NCBI GenBank assembly: GCA_965223415.1 | Contig: OZ245002.1 | Coordinates: 3,136,001-3,200,000, forward strand | Length of the DNA stretch: 64,000 nt | Direction of reading: 5' to 3' | Source of the DNA: Myxococcota bacterium | GTDB lineage: Bacteria > Myxococcota_A > UBA9160 > UBA6930 | Shown: piece after piece, positions 1 through 9,513 of the stretch | Layout of the letters: the number at the start of each line of letters is the position of its first letter | Numbering within the stretch: position 1 is the first letter of the stretch | Notes under the pieces: model-generated | What the model saw: the letters and a program-made list of their open reading frames with translations, nothing else | Told to the model about the DNA's origin: nothing | The model's database searches: none | Translations under genes and position numbers: made by a program

Positions 1-2
1 TC

Positions 3-1187
3 GTGAAGATCGAGCCGCCCCGCGGCGATACCTACCGGCTCCAGAACCGCAGCTCGGTTCCCGGCGAGGGGCGCGACTTCGCCATCTGCAACCGGGGCAA
101 GCGCAGCCTGTGCCTCGACCTGGGGCACCCCGAGAGCCAGGAGGTGGTCGACCGGCTCGTGGTCGGGGCCGACGTGGTGCTCGTCTCCTTCAAGCCGACG
201 GACCTGGAGCGCTACGGCCTCGGCTACGAGCGGCTGCGCGCCCTGCATCCGGAGCTCGTCTATCTCGAGAACACGCCCTACGGCCGCAAGGGGCCTCACG
301 GCGAGGACGGCGGCTACGACGTGGTCGCCATGGGGCTGTCGGGCCTCTCGGCGGTGGTCGCGACGCCCCAGGGCGACACGCCGCGCTTTGTGCGGCCAGC
401 CTTTGCGGACATCGGCACCGGGCTGGTCTCGGCCCTCGCCGTCGTGGCGGCGCTCCGGCACCGGGACCGCACCGGGGAAGGGCAGCGGGTGCACACCTCG
501 CTCCTGCACACGGCCCTCGGCTTCGCGGCCCCGATGATCCACCGCTTCGAGGATCTCGACGGGGATCACTGGGACGCCTTCACGTCGAAGCTGGAGACCC
601 AGCGCGGGGAGGGGGCCGGCTTCGACGCCCAGCAGGCCAGCTGGTACGAGCACTTCGACGTGTCGCCGGTCGGCAACGTCTACTTCCGTCACTATCGGAC
701 GAAGGACGGCTTCCTCTCGGTGGGCTGCCTCTCACCGCGCCTGAACGAGCGCTTCCGGGAGGCGACGGGCCTCGTCGACCCGCGGCGCACGGGCTTCCTG
801 GAGCGGGGCTCGCCGGAGGAGGCGAAGGCCCTCGTCCTCTTGCGGGACGAGGCCGAGGCGCTGCTCGCCTCGCGGACCACCGGGGAGTGGCTCGCCCGCT
901 TCCAGGAGCATGGCGTGCCCGCCGCCCGGCTCAACTTCCCGACCGAGATCTTCGATGATCCCCAGGCCCGCGCGAACGGCTACGTCGAGGAGCGCGAGCA
1001 CCCCCGGCTCGGCCGCTACCACACGGTGACGCCGCCCCTCAGGATGGAGGCGTCGCCGGTCCACACCCGAGGGCCGTCGCCCGGCCTCGGCGCCCACACC
1101 GACGCCATCCTGTCGGAAGCCGGCTTCAGCGCCGACGAGCGCGAGATGCTCATCGCCGCCGGTGTCGCAGGTCCGCAGCGACGCTAG
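3..1187 (+). CDS. CoA-transferase family III (CaiB/BaiF), 5'-truncated by window edge
   Basis: KIEPPRGD, NRGKRSLCLDL, GYD..A and C-terminal P.LGAHTDAIL motifs. Confidence 0.92.
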   Translation: MKIEPPRGDTYRLQNRSSVPGEGRDFAICNRGKRSLCLDLGHPESQEVVDRLVVGADVVLVSFKPTDLERYGLGYERLRALHPELVYLENTPYGRKGPHGEDGGYDVVAMGLSGLSAVVATPQGDTPRFVRPAFADIGTGLVSALAVVAALRHRDRTGEGQRVHTSLLHTALGFAAPMIHRFEDLDGDHWDAFTSKLETQRGEGAGFDAQQASWYEHFDVSPVGNVYFRHYRTKDGFLSVGCLSPRLNERFREATGLVDPRRTGFLERGSPEEAKALVLLRDEAEALLASRTTGEWLARFQEHGVPAARLNFPTEIFDDPQARANGYVEEREHPRLGRYHTVTPPLRMEASPVHTRGPSPGLGAHTDAILSEAGFSADEREMLIAAGVAGPQRR

Positions 1188-1225
1188 GTGCGCCAACAAC
1201 CTAACAAACGGAACCGGCCCCCAAC

Positions 1226-2344
1226 TTAACGGTCGAGGACGTCGGTGGCGATGAGCTCTTCGAGGTAGGGGGGGTTCCACCAGGAGAGCTGCATCTCCTT
1301 GGCGCGGCGGAAGTACATCTGGGTGTCGTACTCGATGGTGAAGGCGACGCCGCCCCAGATCTGGGCGCACTTCCGGGTCACCCACTGGTAGGTGTTGCAG
1401 GCGAAGAGCTTGGCCATCGGGGCGAGCCGGACGATGGATCGGCCCTGGGCCCGGTTCCAGGCGGCCTCGTGGACGAGCACCCGCCCGCCGTCGATGTGGG
1501 TCGAGGCGTCGGCCATGTAGTGGGCCAGGGCCTGGAAGGCGCCCAGGGGCTTGTCGAACTGCTTGCGCACCTTGGCGTACTCGACGGTGCCTTCGAGGCA
1601 CCTGGCCGCGCCGCCGATGGCCTGGGCGGCCTGCAGGATGAGGCCGTCGTGGAGCACCCGGCTCCAGGTGTCCCAACCCGTCCCCGCCGCCCCGAGGCGG
1701 GCGCTGGCCGGCACGCGCACGTCGGAGAAGTCGACCCGGTAGTGGGGCTCGTTCGACTGGGAGAGGACCTGGGTGAGCTTCATGCCGTCGCTCGCCGGGT
1801 CGACGAGCAGGAGCTCCACGCCGTCGTCGCTGCGGGCCAGCACGACGAGCCGGTCGGCGGAGCTGGCGTAGTTCACGTGGCGCTTCACACCTGTGAGGAC
1901 GTACGCGTCGCCCTCCCGCTTGGCGGTGAGCTTCACGCCCTCCGGGCCGAAGCCGCGATCGGGCTCGAGCCACGCCGGCGTCAGGATCGCCTCGCCGCCG
2001 GCGATCTTCGCGAGCCACTCCTCCTGCTGGGCCTCGCTGCCCGCTTCGAGGAGCAGCCCGGCCGAGAGCACGGCGCTCACGAAGTGCGGGGTCGGCGCCA
2101 TGGCCCGGCCCAGCTCCTCGTAGATCAGCGCCGCCTCGAGCATCCCGAGGCCGCCGCCGCCGTGGCTCTCGGGGATCAGTACGCCCGTGAGCCCGGCCTC
2201 CGCCATCTGCTTCCAGAGAGCGTCCGGATAGCCCTTCGGGTCGTTCTCCATCTCGCGGACCACGTCCACCGGGCAGTGCTCGTCGAGCAGCGCCCGGCTC
2301 ATGTCCTGGATCATCTGCTGCTCTTCGCTGAGCGTGAGGTCCAT
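1226..2344 (-). CDS. Acyl-CoA dehydrogenase family protein
   Basis: Starts MDLTLSEEQQMI at the ATG at 2344 (inside the longer ORF); R.QFDKPLGAFQAL and QIWGGVAFT.EY motifs. Confidence 0.9.
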   Translation of the reverse strand: MDLTLSEEQQMIQDMSRALLDEHCPVDVVREMENDPKGYPDALWKQMAEAGLTGVLIPESHGGGGLGMLEAALIYEELGRAMAPTPHFVSAVLSAGLLLEAGSEAQQEEWLAKIAGGEAILTPAWLEPDRGFGPEGVKLTAKREGDAYVLTGVKRHVNYASSADRLVVLARSDDGVELLLVDPASDGMKLTQVLSQSNEPHYRVDFSDVRVPASARLGAAGTGWDTWSRVLHDGLILQAAQAIGGAARCLEGTVEYAKVRKQFDKPLGAFQALAHYMADASTHIDGGRVLVHEAAWNRAQGRSIVRLAPMAKLFACNTYQWVTRKCAQIWGGVAFTIEYDTQMYFRRAKEMQLSWWNPPYLEELIATDVLDR

Positions 2345-2352
2345 GGGGTCCC

Positions 2353-3534
2353 CTAGAAGTTCTTGGGCAGGCCGAGGTGGCGCCGCGCGATGATGTTCTT
2401 CTGGATCTCGGAGCCGCCGCCGCCGACCGTCTCGTTCATGGTCGCCCGGTAGGCGCCCTCGAAGCGGCCGCGGATCGGCGCCTCGTCCTGGCCCTCGCGG
2501 ATGGTCCCCTCGACCCCGGTGAGGTCCAGGGCCTCGTCGCAGACCCGCTGGGAGAGGGTGGTGGTGAAGAGCTTGTATTGGGACGAAGGGATGGTCGGCG
2601 GCTTCCCCCCGGCCATCGCAGCGCACACGAAGCGGGTGCTGAGGGCCTTCGCCACTGCCGTATCCGTGACGATGTTGGCGATCGTCCGGCGCACGTTCGG
2701 GTCCTCGCGCAGGGGCTCGTCGTCGCGCGTCGCGGTCTTGACCCACTCGACCAGCACGCGCGTGCGGTCGGCGATGGGCGACAGGGTGAACATGGTGAAG
2801 CGCTCGAGATCGAGGGCCTCGGAGATCATCTGGAAGCCCTGGCCGCGCTTGCCGACCAGGTACGCGTCCGGCACGAAGACGTCGGTGAAGAACACCTGGT
2901 TCGTCGTGTCCTTGCCGATCGTCGGCAGGCTCTGGATCTCGAGGCCCTCGTGGTCCATCGGGATCAGGAAGAGGGAGAGGCCGTCGTGCTTCGGCTTGTC
3001 CGGGTCGGTGCGGGCGCCCACCCAGTACCAGTCGGCGAAGTGGGCGGAGGTGGTCCACATCTTCTGGCCGTTCAAGAGCCAGCCGCCGTCCACCTTCTCG
3101 GCCTTGAGCTGCATGTTCGCGGCGTCCGAGCCGGCCTCGGGCTCGCTGTAGCCCACCGCGAACTCGACCTCGGCGGCGAGGATCTTCGGCAGGAACTCCT
3201 GCTTCAGGAAGTCGCTGCCGTGGCGGATCAGGGTCTTGCCGATGATGCCGACGCCCTTGCCGATCTGCGGCGCCGCGTGGCGGGAGAGCGCCTCGTTCAG
3301 GATGAACTCGTAGACGCCCTCGATCTCCTGGCCGCCGTACTCCTTCGGCCACGACATCCCGAGCCAGCCCTTGGCGGCGAGCTTCTTCATGAACGCCCGG
3401 CGCTCCGGGGTGTCCGCGAGCTGGGTGAAGTTCTCGCGGGTCGGGTCCATCACGACCGGGTCGTGATTTTCGACGAGCCAGGCCTCGACCTCGTCGGCGA
3501 ATTTCTGCTCTTCGGGGGAGAAATCGAAGTCCAC
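2353..3534 (-). CDS. Acyl-CoA dehydrogenase family protein (probable partner of the downstream ACAD)
   Basis: GYSEPEAGSD, NGQKMWTT and GGGSEIQKNII motifs. Confidence 0.92.
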   Translation of the reverse strand: MDFDFSPEEQKFADEVEAWLVENHDPVVMDPTRENFTQLADTPERRAFMKKLAAKGWLGMSWPKEYGGQEIEGVYEFILNEALSRHAAPQIGKGVGIIGKTLIRHGSDFLKQEFLPKILAAEVEFAVGYSEPEAGSDAANMQLKAEKVDGGWLLNGQKMWTTSAHFADWYWVGARTDPDKPKHDGLSLFLIPMDHEGLEIQSLPTIGKDTTNQVFFTDVFVPDAYLVGKRGQGFQMISEALDLERFTMFTLSPIADRTRVLVEWVKTATRDDEPLREDPNVRRTIANIVTDTAVAKALSTRFVCAAMAGGKPPTIPSSQYKLFTTTLSQRVCDEALDLTGVEGTIREGQDEAPIRGRFEGAYRATMNETVGGGGSEIQKNIIARRHLGLPKNF

Positions 3535-3558
3535 GGCGTCCTCCTCGGAATGCAGGGA

Positions 3559-3587
3559 ATCATATACGATACGGACCGTATTGTAAA
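3559..3587 (-). promoter_or_regulatory. Sigma70-type promoter with overlapping palindromic operator for the ACAD pair
   Basis: Minus strand reads TTTACA-N17-TATGAT; palindrome TACGATACGG-A-CCGTATTGTA (3565-3585) covers the spacer. Confidence 0.75.
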
Positions 3588-3623
3588 CGAGCCCCGTGGG
3601 GACCGTGGAGTCCGCGGGCGCTC

Positions 3624-4058
3624 CTACTCCGGCGGGCGGACCGTCACGTAGACGGCGCCGAGCAGGCAGCGGCCGGTGACCACCAGCAGCAGCGGCTCGC
3701 CTTCCGCGGACACCGGGCTGTCCCCCTCCGGCTCGCCGGTGATCATCCGGCGCACGATCGAGCGCACCCGCGGCCGCTCGCCGCGCTGCCTCACCTCGCC
3801 GAACATGCAGCGCACGCCCTCCAGGCGGATCTCCGCGTCCGGCGGGACGATCAGGTCGATCTGTCCCATCAAGGCGTCGCAGCGCACCTCGACGATGCCG
3901 TCGCTCGGCAGCTCCGCGTCGCGGAAGTCGAGGGTCACCTCGCCCATCAGCGCGCGGGCCAGGATCTTCTCGGCCGCGATCCAGGGCCCCGAGCGCTCGA
4001 GCGCGCCGAGCATTCCGCGAACGACGTCGCGGGTGATCGGAACGGGGAGGTCGCTCAC
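3624..4058 (-). CDS. LiaF/DUF1707-C-like hypothetical protein
   Basis: ALMGEVTLDFRDA...ALMGQIDLIVPP pattern; GTG start overlaps the upstream TGA. Confidence 0.65.
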   Translation of the reverse strand: MSDLPVPITRDVVRGMLGALERSGPWIAAEKILARALMGEVTLDFRDAELPSDGIVEVRCDALMGQIDLIVPPDAEIRLEGVRCMFGEVRQRGERPRVRSIVRRMITGEPEGDSPVSAEGEPLLLVVTGRCLLGAVYVTVRPPE

Positions 4059-5413
4059 CCCGTGAGCCTCTGCATGCGCGCGCCGCGCAGCTCCTTCGCC
4101 ACCGGATCGACCAGGAACTCCTGGCGCTGGACCCGTCGGATGAAGTAGCGGAGGAGCTCTGCGTCCCGCTCGCCGGTGTTCTTCGCCACCAGCTCCTCCA
4201 ACGCGGCGTCCCGTTCCTGCCACGACCCGGGGCGCCGGCCGAGCAGGGCGCCGGCCTCGTCCAGATCCTCCGCCTCCAGGGCCGCGCCGTAGCGGTCCGC
4301 CCGGCGCAGGAACTCCGCGCCCCGTTGCACGGACTCGAGCTGATAGGCCTCGTAGGGATCCTCCCGCTCGAGCTTCGCGAGCCGCGCCTGCAGCACGTCG
4401 TGCCCGATCGCCCAGGGCGAGAGGGTCTCCTCGGGCAGCTCGGCCGGTGGCACCTCCAGGCCTTCCAGGTGCGCCATCAGCTCGAGGGGACAGCGGGCGT
4501 AGACCAGGTACCAGACCAGGTACTGGAGGAAGTCCGTCGCCGGCGTCGGCGCCGCCACCTGCACGGCGGTGGCCAGGGGCGTCACCATGCCGAAGCGGAT
4601 CGCGTGGTAGAGGACCGCCCGGCGATCGACCGCGAGGCCCGCGTGCTTCTCATAGGTGCGGACCGCGTCCTCCAGGTCGCCCAGCGGCTCGCTGAGGTCG
4701 CGGTTGAGCAGGCCCCCCAGGTCGGCCACCGGGTCGCCCACGTAGGCCAGCTCCACGTCGATCACCGCCGTCACCCGCCCCTGGTCGAACAGGAACTGGC
4801 CCGAGTCGCCGACGACGAAGGAGGTCTGCTCGCGATCTCGCGGCACGTTGCGGCGAAGCCAGTCCACGCCGAACTCGATCAGCGGCTCCGGGCGCTGCTT
4901 CGTGCTCCGGAAGGAGGCGACCCACACGTCGAGATCGCCGAGGCCGCGCTCCTCCGGCGTCTCCGGGATCGTGAAGCCCGCCGCGCGGAAGTCGGCCAGA
5001 TCGATGCGGTGGATCTGCGCCAGGATCTCCATGTAGTGATCGCGCACCGCCTTGCGCTCCGCCTCGCTCTCGGCGGTGGCGAGGTTGAAGCGCCCCGGCG
5101 CCTTGTCCATCACGATCGCGTCCGGCACGTCGCAGTAGCCGTAGACGTGGGGAACGGGCACGCCGTGCTTCTCCATGAGCTGCAGGCAGGCGCACTCGTG
5201 GCGGAGCTGGTCGGCGCCGCCGGCGGCCTCGGGGCGGGCGCCGCGCACGTAGATGGGCACGCGGCTGCCGTCCTTCCGCTCCACCTCCAGGAACCAGGCG
5301 GGACGCCAGCGGGGCTGGCGCTCGGCGGCGACGATGGGCCCGCCCACCTTCGCCTCGACGAAGTCGAAGGCGGCTTGCCAATCCGGGGCCAGGTCGTCGC
5401 GGGGAGAAGCCAT
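4055..5413 (-). CDS. Aminoglycoside phosphotransferase (APH)-family protein
   Basis: GVPVPHVYG, VVGDSGQFLF and VIDVELAYVGDP.ADL kinase-like motifs. Confidence 0.85.
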   Translation of the reverse strand: MASPRDDLAPDWQAAFDFVEAKVGGPIVAAERQPRWRPAWFLEVERKDGSRVPIYVRGARPEAAGGADQLRHECACLQLMEKHGVPVPHVYGYCDVPDAIVMDKAPGRFNLATAESEAERKAVRDHYMEILAQIHRIDLADFRAAGFTIPETPEERGLGDLDVWVASFRSTKQRPEPLIEFGVDWLRRNVPRDREQTSFVVGDSGQFLFDQGRVTAVIDVELAYVGDPVADLGGLLNRDLSEPLGDLEDAVRTYEKHAGLAVDRRAVLYHAIRFGMVTPLATAVQVAAPTPATDFLQYLVWYLVYARCPLELMAHLEGLEVPPAELPEETLSPWAIGHDVLQARLAKLEREDPYEAYQLESVQRGAEFLRRADRYGAALEAEDLDEAGALLGRRPGSWQERDAALEELVAKNTGERDAELLRYFIRRVQRQEFLVDPVAKELRGARMQRLTG

Positions 5414-5459
5414 GGCCCAGTGCTACCGCAGGCCTCGGGCCGGGGCTACAGGGCCCGCA

Positions 5460-7997
5460 TCAGCGCATCGCCGTCTGGATCCGCGGCACGAAGAAGAACT
5501 CGCCGGGCTCCGCGTCGCCGTGCTTCATCTCCCGGTACTCGGGCACCTGGTCGTAGGGGATCATCGACTTCGCCCGGTAGGACACGCGGGCCGCCACGGC
5601 CTGGTGGAGCTGGCTGCCCCACATGATCTGGTTGTTGGCGCGCAGCACCGAGAGCAGCGCCTCCGCGAAGATCGAGTGCCGGCCGCCGCCGCCGTCGGGG
5701 ATCGGGATCAGCCCGCCCGCGGTGAGCGCCATCCGCACCCGCCGCTTGGCCATGGTGGACATCCAGTGGAGGCGCTCCTTCGAGGTGCGCGCGCCCTCGA
5801 TGGAGATGGCGACGTTGCGGGTGATCACGCCCGAGTAGCAGGAATCGGCCACGATCAGCACGTGCTTCGCGTTCATGGCGCCGACCTGGCGGGTCATCTC
5901 GTCGGTCGAGAGCCACAGCGCCGGGTTGTCGTGCTCCGCGTCGACGGGCAGCCAGTAGCCGCTGTGGGAGCCCTCGTCCAGGTGACCGTGGCCCGCGTAG
6001 TAGACCAGCAGGTTGTCCTTCGAGGTGAGCTTCTTGCGCAGCTGGGCCAGGGCCGTCATCAGCTGGTAGCGGTCGGCATCGAGGAGCGTCGTCACCTCGA
6101 AGCCGTAGCGGTTCGTGAGCACCTGGCCGATCTCCCGCGCGTCGGCGTGGGGTGTCTCCAGGTCGGGCATGTGCGCGTAGTTCTGGTTGCCGATCACGAG
6201 CGCGTGGTAGCTGCCGAACTCGATGCCCGGCGAATCGTCCGGCGGCGGCGCGGCCACCGGCGGGAGCCCGCGCCGCACGACGAAGCTGCGGCTCGACTGC
6301 TTGCCCTGCCGGTCGATCGCCACCAGGGTGACCCGCGTGCCCTCGTCGCCCACCTTCACGACGGGCCGGAACACCAGGCTCTCGTCGGTCTCGACCGGCT
6401 CGCCGTTCAGGGTCAGCGCCTCGAGGCCGGCGGGCGCGATCACCTGGCCGACGATCCGGCGCTCGGCCTCCTCGGCGGTCACCGATTCCTCGCCCCGGGA
6501 GGCCAGCGGCGGAAGCTGGGGATCGACCACGTGGATGGTCGGGCCGGCGATGTCGAGCTTCACCTGGCGCTCGGCTTCGGCGAGCTCCTGCTGGCGGCGG
6601 GCCAGGGCCGCCTCCAGCTCGTCGATCTGGGAGGCGAGCGCCTCCGAGCGCTGGGTCAGGCCCGCGAGGCGCTCTTCCTCGCTGCGGATCTCGGAAGCCC
6701 GCGCGGCGAGCTGCTCCTCCAGCGCGGCGAGCTCGCCGGTCCGGCCCTCGAGCTGCGCCGCCTGCTCCTCCGAGCGGCTCGCCAGGCCCTCGAAGCGCTC
6801 GCGCTCCTGGGCCAGCGCCTCGCGCTCGGCGGCCACGCCGCTGCGCTCCTCCTCGAGGGCGGCACGCTGGCCGTCGAGCTCGGCGCGGGCATCTTCCAGG
6901 GCCTTGCGATCGGCGTCGGTCTGCTGGGAGCGGGCGAAGCGCGCCTCGGCCTCGGCCTCGCGCTCCGTCACGCCGAGCAGCCGGTCGCTCGCAGCGCGAT
7001 CGCGCTCCGCCAGCCGGGCCTGCTCCCGGTCGAGCTCGGCGGCGCGCTCGCGAAGCGCCTGCTTCTCCTGGCGCAGCGATTCCTCCCGGGCGGCCAGGTA
7101 GCTGCGGTCATCCTCGAGCTTGGCGCGATCCCGGTCGAGCTCGCGCCGCTCGCTCTCGATCCCCGCGCGGTCGGCGGCCAGGTCGCCAGCGCCGGTGGCG
7201 GGCGCCTCGCCTTGCGAGGTCGGAGCCTCCGTCAAGCCAGCGAGCTCCTTCTCGAGCCGGCGCACGTCGAGGCGCAGGCGATCCGCCTCGTGCTTGCTCT
7301 CGGAGAGCTGGCTCTCGAGCTGGCTCACGTCCGTGCCGGCCCCTGGCGCCATCACGACGCGGCCTTCCAGCTCGTCGATCCCGTAGGAGTCGAGGTAGAG
7401 GCCGAGGGCGCGCTTCGGGTCCCGCGCGACGCCCAGCCCGCGTTCGTGGAGCCGCGCCAGGGCGCGCTTCGCCTGCCGGTGCCCCTGGCCCGCCGCGCGC
7501 TCGTACCAGCCGGCGGCCTGCCCGTAGTCGGGCGGCGTGCCGAGCCCCTGCTCGTAGATCTCGCCCGCGTAGTACTGGGCCGTCGGGTCGCCCTGCTCCG
7601 CGCGCTCGGTCCAGAACGCCAGCCGCTCCGAGTAGCCGGCCGGATCGTAGGCGACGTACTCTCCGCCGCGGATCTCGCAGTCGAGCTGGCTCGTGCTCAC
7701 GACCCGGGGAGGTGCCACGTAGATGGCCTTGCGACCGAGCTTCCGGGTCGTGCCGCGCAAGAGGCAGTCCACGATCTTGAGCCGGTCGATCGCGGCGGCG
7801 GCCGAGGTGGCCGGGCCGGAGGAGGCGGAGGGCGTGAGCTCCAGCGCCGGCGCGGACGCGACAGACCCGCTCGCCGCCGGGGGATCCAGCGCCACGATCG
7901 AGCGGGTCGCCACCGGCTTGCCACCCGCGCAGGCCAGCAGGGCCAGGGCCGCGAGGAGCGACAGGAAGGACAGGGCGGCGGTTCGGTGCTGGGCCAT
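5460..7997 (-). CDS. Lipoprotein with SEL1 repeats, long coiled coil and C-terminal caspase-like (C14) domain
   Basis: Signal with lipobox LLAC; SEL1 repeats (AQYYAGEIYEQGLG, A.WYERAAGQG); long E/R/A-rich helix; ALVIGNQNY, YYAGHG and ADSCYSG dyad motifs. Confidence 0.88.
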   Translation of the reverse strand: MAQHRTAALSFLSLLAALALLACAGGKPVATRSIVALDPPAASGSVASAPALELTPSASSGPATSAAAAIDRLKIVDCLLRGTTRKLGRKAIYVAPPRVVSTSQLDCEIRGGEYVAYDPAGYSERLAFWTERAEQGDPTAQYYAGEIYEQGLGTPPDYGQAAGWYERAAGQGHRQAKRALARLHERGLGVARDPKRALGLYLDSYGIDELEGRVVMAPGAGTDVSQLESQLSESKHEADRLRLDVRRLEKELAGLTEAPTSQGEAPATGAGDLAADRAGIESERRELDRDRAKLEDDRSYLAAREESLRQEKQALRERAAELDREQARLAERDRAASDRLLGVTEREAEAEARFARSQQTDADRKALEDARAELDGQRAALEEERSGVAAEREALAQERERFEGLASRSEEQAAQLEGRTGELAALEEQLAARASEIRSEEERLAGLTQRSEALASQIDELEAALARRQQELAEAERQVKLDIAGPTIHVVDPQLPPLASRGEESVTAEEAERRIVGQVIAPAGLEALTLNGEPVETDESLVFRPVVKVGDEGTRVTLVAIDRQGKQSSRSFVVRRGLPPVAAPPPDDSPGIEFGSYHALVIGNQNYAHMPDLETPHADAREIGQVLTNRYGFEVTTLLDADRYQLMTALAQLRKKLTSKDNLLVYYAGHGHLDEGSHSGYWLPVDAEHDNPALWLSTDEMTRQVGAMNAKHVLIVADSCYSGVITRNVAISIEGARTSKERLHWMSTMAKRRVRMALTAGGLIPIPDGGGGRHSIFAEALLSVLRANNQIMWGSQLHQAVAARVSYRAKSMIPYDQVPEYREMKHGDAEPGEFFFVPRIQTAMR

Positions 7998-8841
7998 GAT
8001 GGTGACTCTGCTCTGGTTGGGTGCGTTCGGTTGCGTCGCGTCCCCCTCCGAGCACGCCGAGCATCGTGCCGGGGAGATGGGACTCTCCGCAAGGACCATT
8101 CGCGGGGGTCCGTTCCTCCACCGGGTCTTTGTTGCGCCGCGGACCTCCGCGGCTCGGGAGCAGGGTCGCTCCACGGGCCCCTTCGGATCACGCGGACCTG
8201 GATCACCTGCCGATCGCTTGCACGTCTATCTCGGCGGCGACGGCTCCCCCCGTGGGGCGCTACGCCATCGCCCGCCCGACCCGACGCCGCGGCAGCTCCT
8301 GGTGCTCGAGCTGATGGCCCACGACCCCAACCCGAGCCTCCTTCTGGGGCGCCCATGTTATCACGGGGTCGAGACCTGCGAGCCGGTCCACTGGACCCTG
8401 GGCCGCTACTCCGAGGCCGTCGTCGAGAGCCTGGTGGCCGCCTTCAAGCGGGTCGTGTCACCCGACCGACCGGTCGTCCTGATCGGCCACAGCGGCGGCG
8501 GCACCCTCGCGATGCTGATGGCCCCGCGGCTCCCGCAGGTGGAGGCGGTGGTGACCGTCGCCGGCAACCTGGACGTGGCGGCCTTCACGGAGCATCACGG
8601 GTTCGGGGCGTTCACGGGGTCGCTGGACCCGGCGGCGTTGCCGCCGCTGCCGGAGCGGGTGCGGCAGATGCACCTGGTCGGCGGGCGGGACGAGGTGGTT
8701 CCGCCGGCGATCGTGGAGGCGGCCATTCGGCGGCAGCCGGGAGCGCGAAGGGTCAATTCGCCGGAGAACGGGCACAACGAGGGGTGGGTGACCGTCTGGC
8801 CCAACGTTCTCGAGGTGCTCGAGGATGAGCTCGGCGGGTAG
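7996..8841 (+). CDS. Exported alpha/beta hydrolase (putative lipoprotein)
   Basis: MMVTLLWLGAFGC signal-like start; HVYLGGDG, LGRPCY, GHSGGG nucleophile elbow, G..D..V and late His; start codon uncertain. Confidence 0.75.
   Translation: MMVTLLWLGAFGCVASPSEHAEHRAGEMGLSARTIRGGPFLHRVFVAPRTSAAREQGRSTGPFGSRGPGSPADRLHVYLGGDGSPRGALRHRPPDPTPRQLLVLELMAHDPNPSLLLGRPCYHGVETCEPVHWTLGRYSEAVVESLVAAFKRVVSPDRPVVLIGHSGGGTLAMLMAPRLPQVEAVVTVAGNLDVAAFTEHHGFGAFTGSLDPAALPPLPERVRQMHLVGGRDEVVPPAIVEAAIRRQPGARRVNSPENGHNEGWVTVWPNVLEVLEDELGG
8163..8191 (-). promoter_or_regulatory. Putative ECF promoter motif copy 1 (inside the hydrolase ORF, pointing to the SEL1-caspase gene)
   Basis: GTGATCCG-N15-CGACCC. Confidence 0.65.
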
Positions 8842-8889
8842 CAGCTTCATCCGGAGCGTCTCGGACGCCGAGACCGAGCAGGCCTTCGA

Positions 8890-9180
8890 GGGGTGGTGAC
8901 GGTGCTGAGCCGGCCTGCGGTGTCGTAGCCCAGGTCGACGGTCTTGCCGTCCGGGCGGGCCACCTGGGTGAGGTTCTTGTCCAGGTCGCAGGTGAAGAAG
9001 GTTCGCGGGTCGTTCGGGTCCACCGGCGGGGGGTCGTACTCGCCTTCCTGGTCGAGGAGCGTGTAGCGGAAGACGTGGGCGGGCTGGCCGGGGGGCGTGA
9101 GGCTGGTGAGGTTGCCGCGCAGGTCGTAGGTGAAGTCGATGAAGCGGCTGTCGGGCAGCGTCTGGCGCGTGACGCCGCAG
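8890..9180 (-). pseudogene. RHS/YD-repeat fragment
   Basis: QTLPDSRFIDFTYDLRGNLTSLTPPG...LTQVARPDGKTVDLGYDTAGRLSTVTTP; flanking translation does not look RHS-like; ends approximate. Confidence 0.7.
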
Positions 9181-9513
9181 GCAATGCCGCAGACGGCACC
9201 GACCAGCCCTCCAAACAGCCGTTCCCTACGTGTCATCAGTCCTCGCAGAAGCAGCCCGTCGCGGGATCGTCCTCCTGGTAGACGACCGTGGGCCCGGCGG
9301 AGCACACGTTCGCGTGCCCTCCGAGGACGAGGAGAGGGGCAGGATGGCAGTGGCGCCGTAGCGAGCGGCATGGCCACCTAGCGAAGGGGAGCCACGCACA
9401 TTAGTCGGCGGTCGAGGAGTAGTTCAACCGCAATGAGCGGCAAACACGCTCGGATTCCGACGGAAACCGCCGGATCGCGTCAGACCTACCCCATTCGGGG
9501 GATACGATCCGCC

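Noticed and set aside
1226..3352. Apparent N-terminal extensions or fusions in the ORF track (also 21404-23755, 30268-32772, 49120-52203, 50409-53255, 55270-57873)
   Set aside because: The extensions overlap other bona fide genes; internal starts fit the family boundaries
5253..8828. 1191-aa plus-strand ORF and similar long ORFs (35689-38775, 44911-48447, 58665-61736)
   Set aside because: Antisense shadows of real genes in high-GC DNA; no recognisable domains
9230..9513. Possible small ORF ending ...VVYQEDDPATGCFCED on the minus strand, or an ncRNA in this gap
   Set aside because: No convincing start or RBS and no recognisable RNA structure
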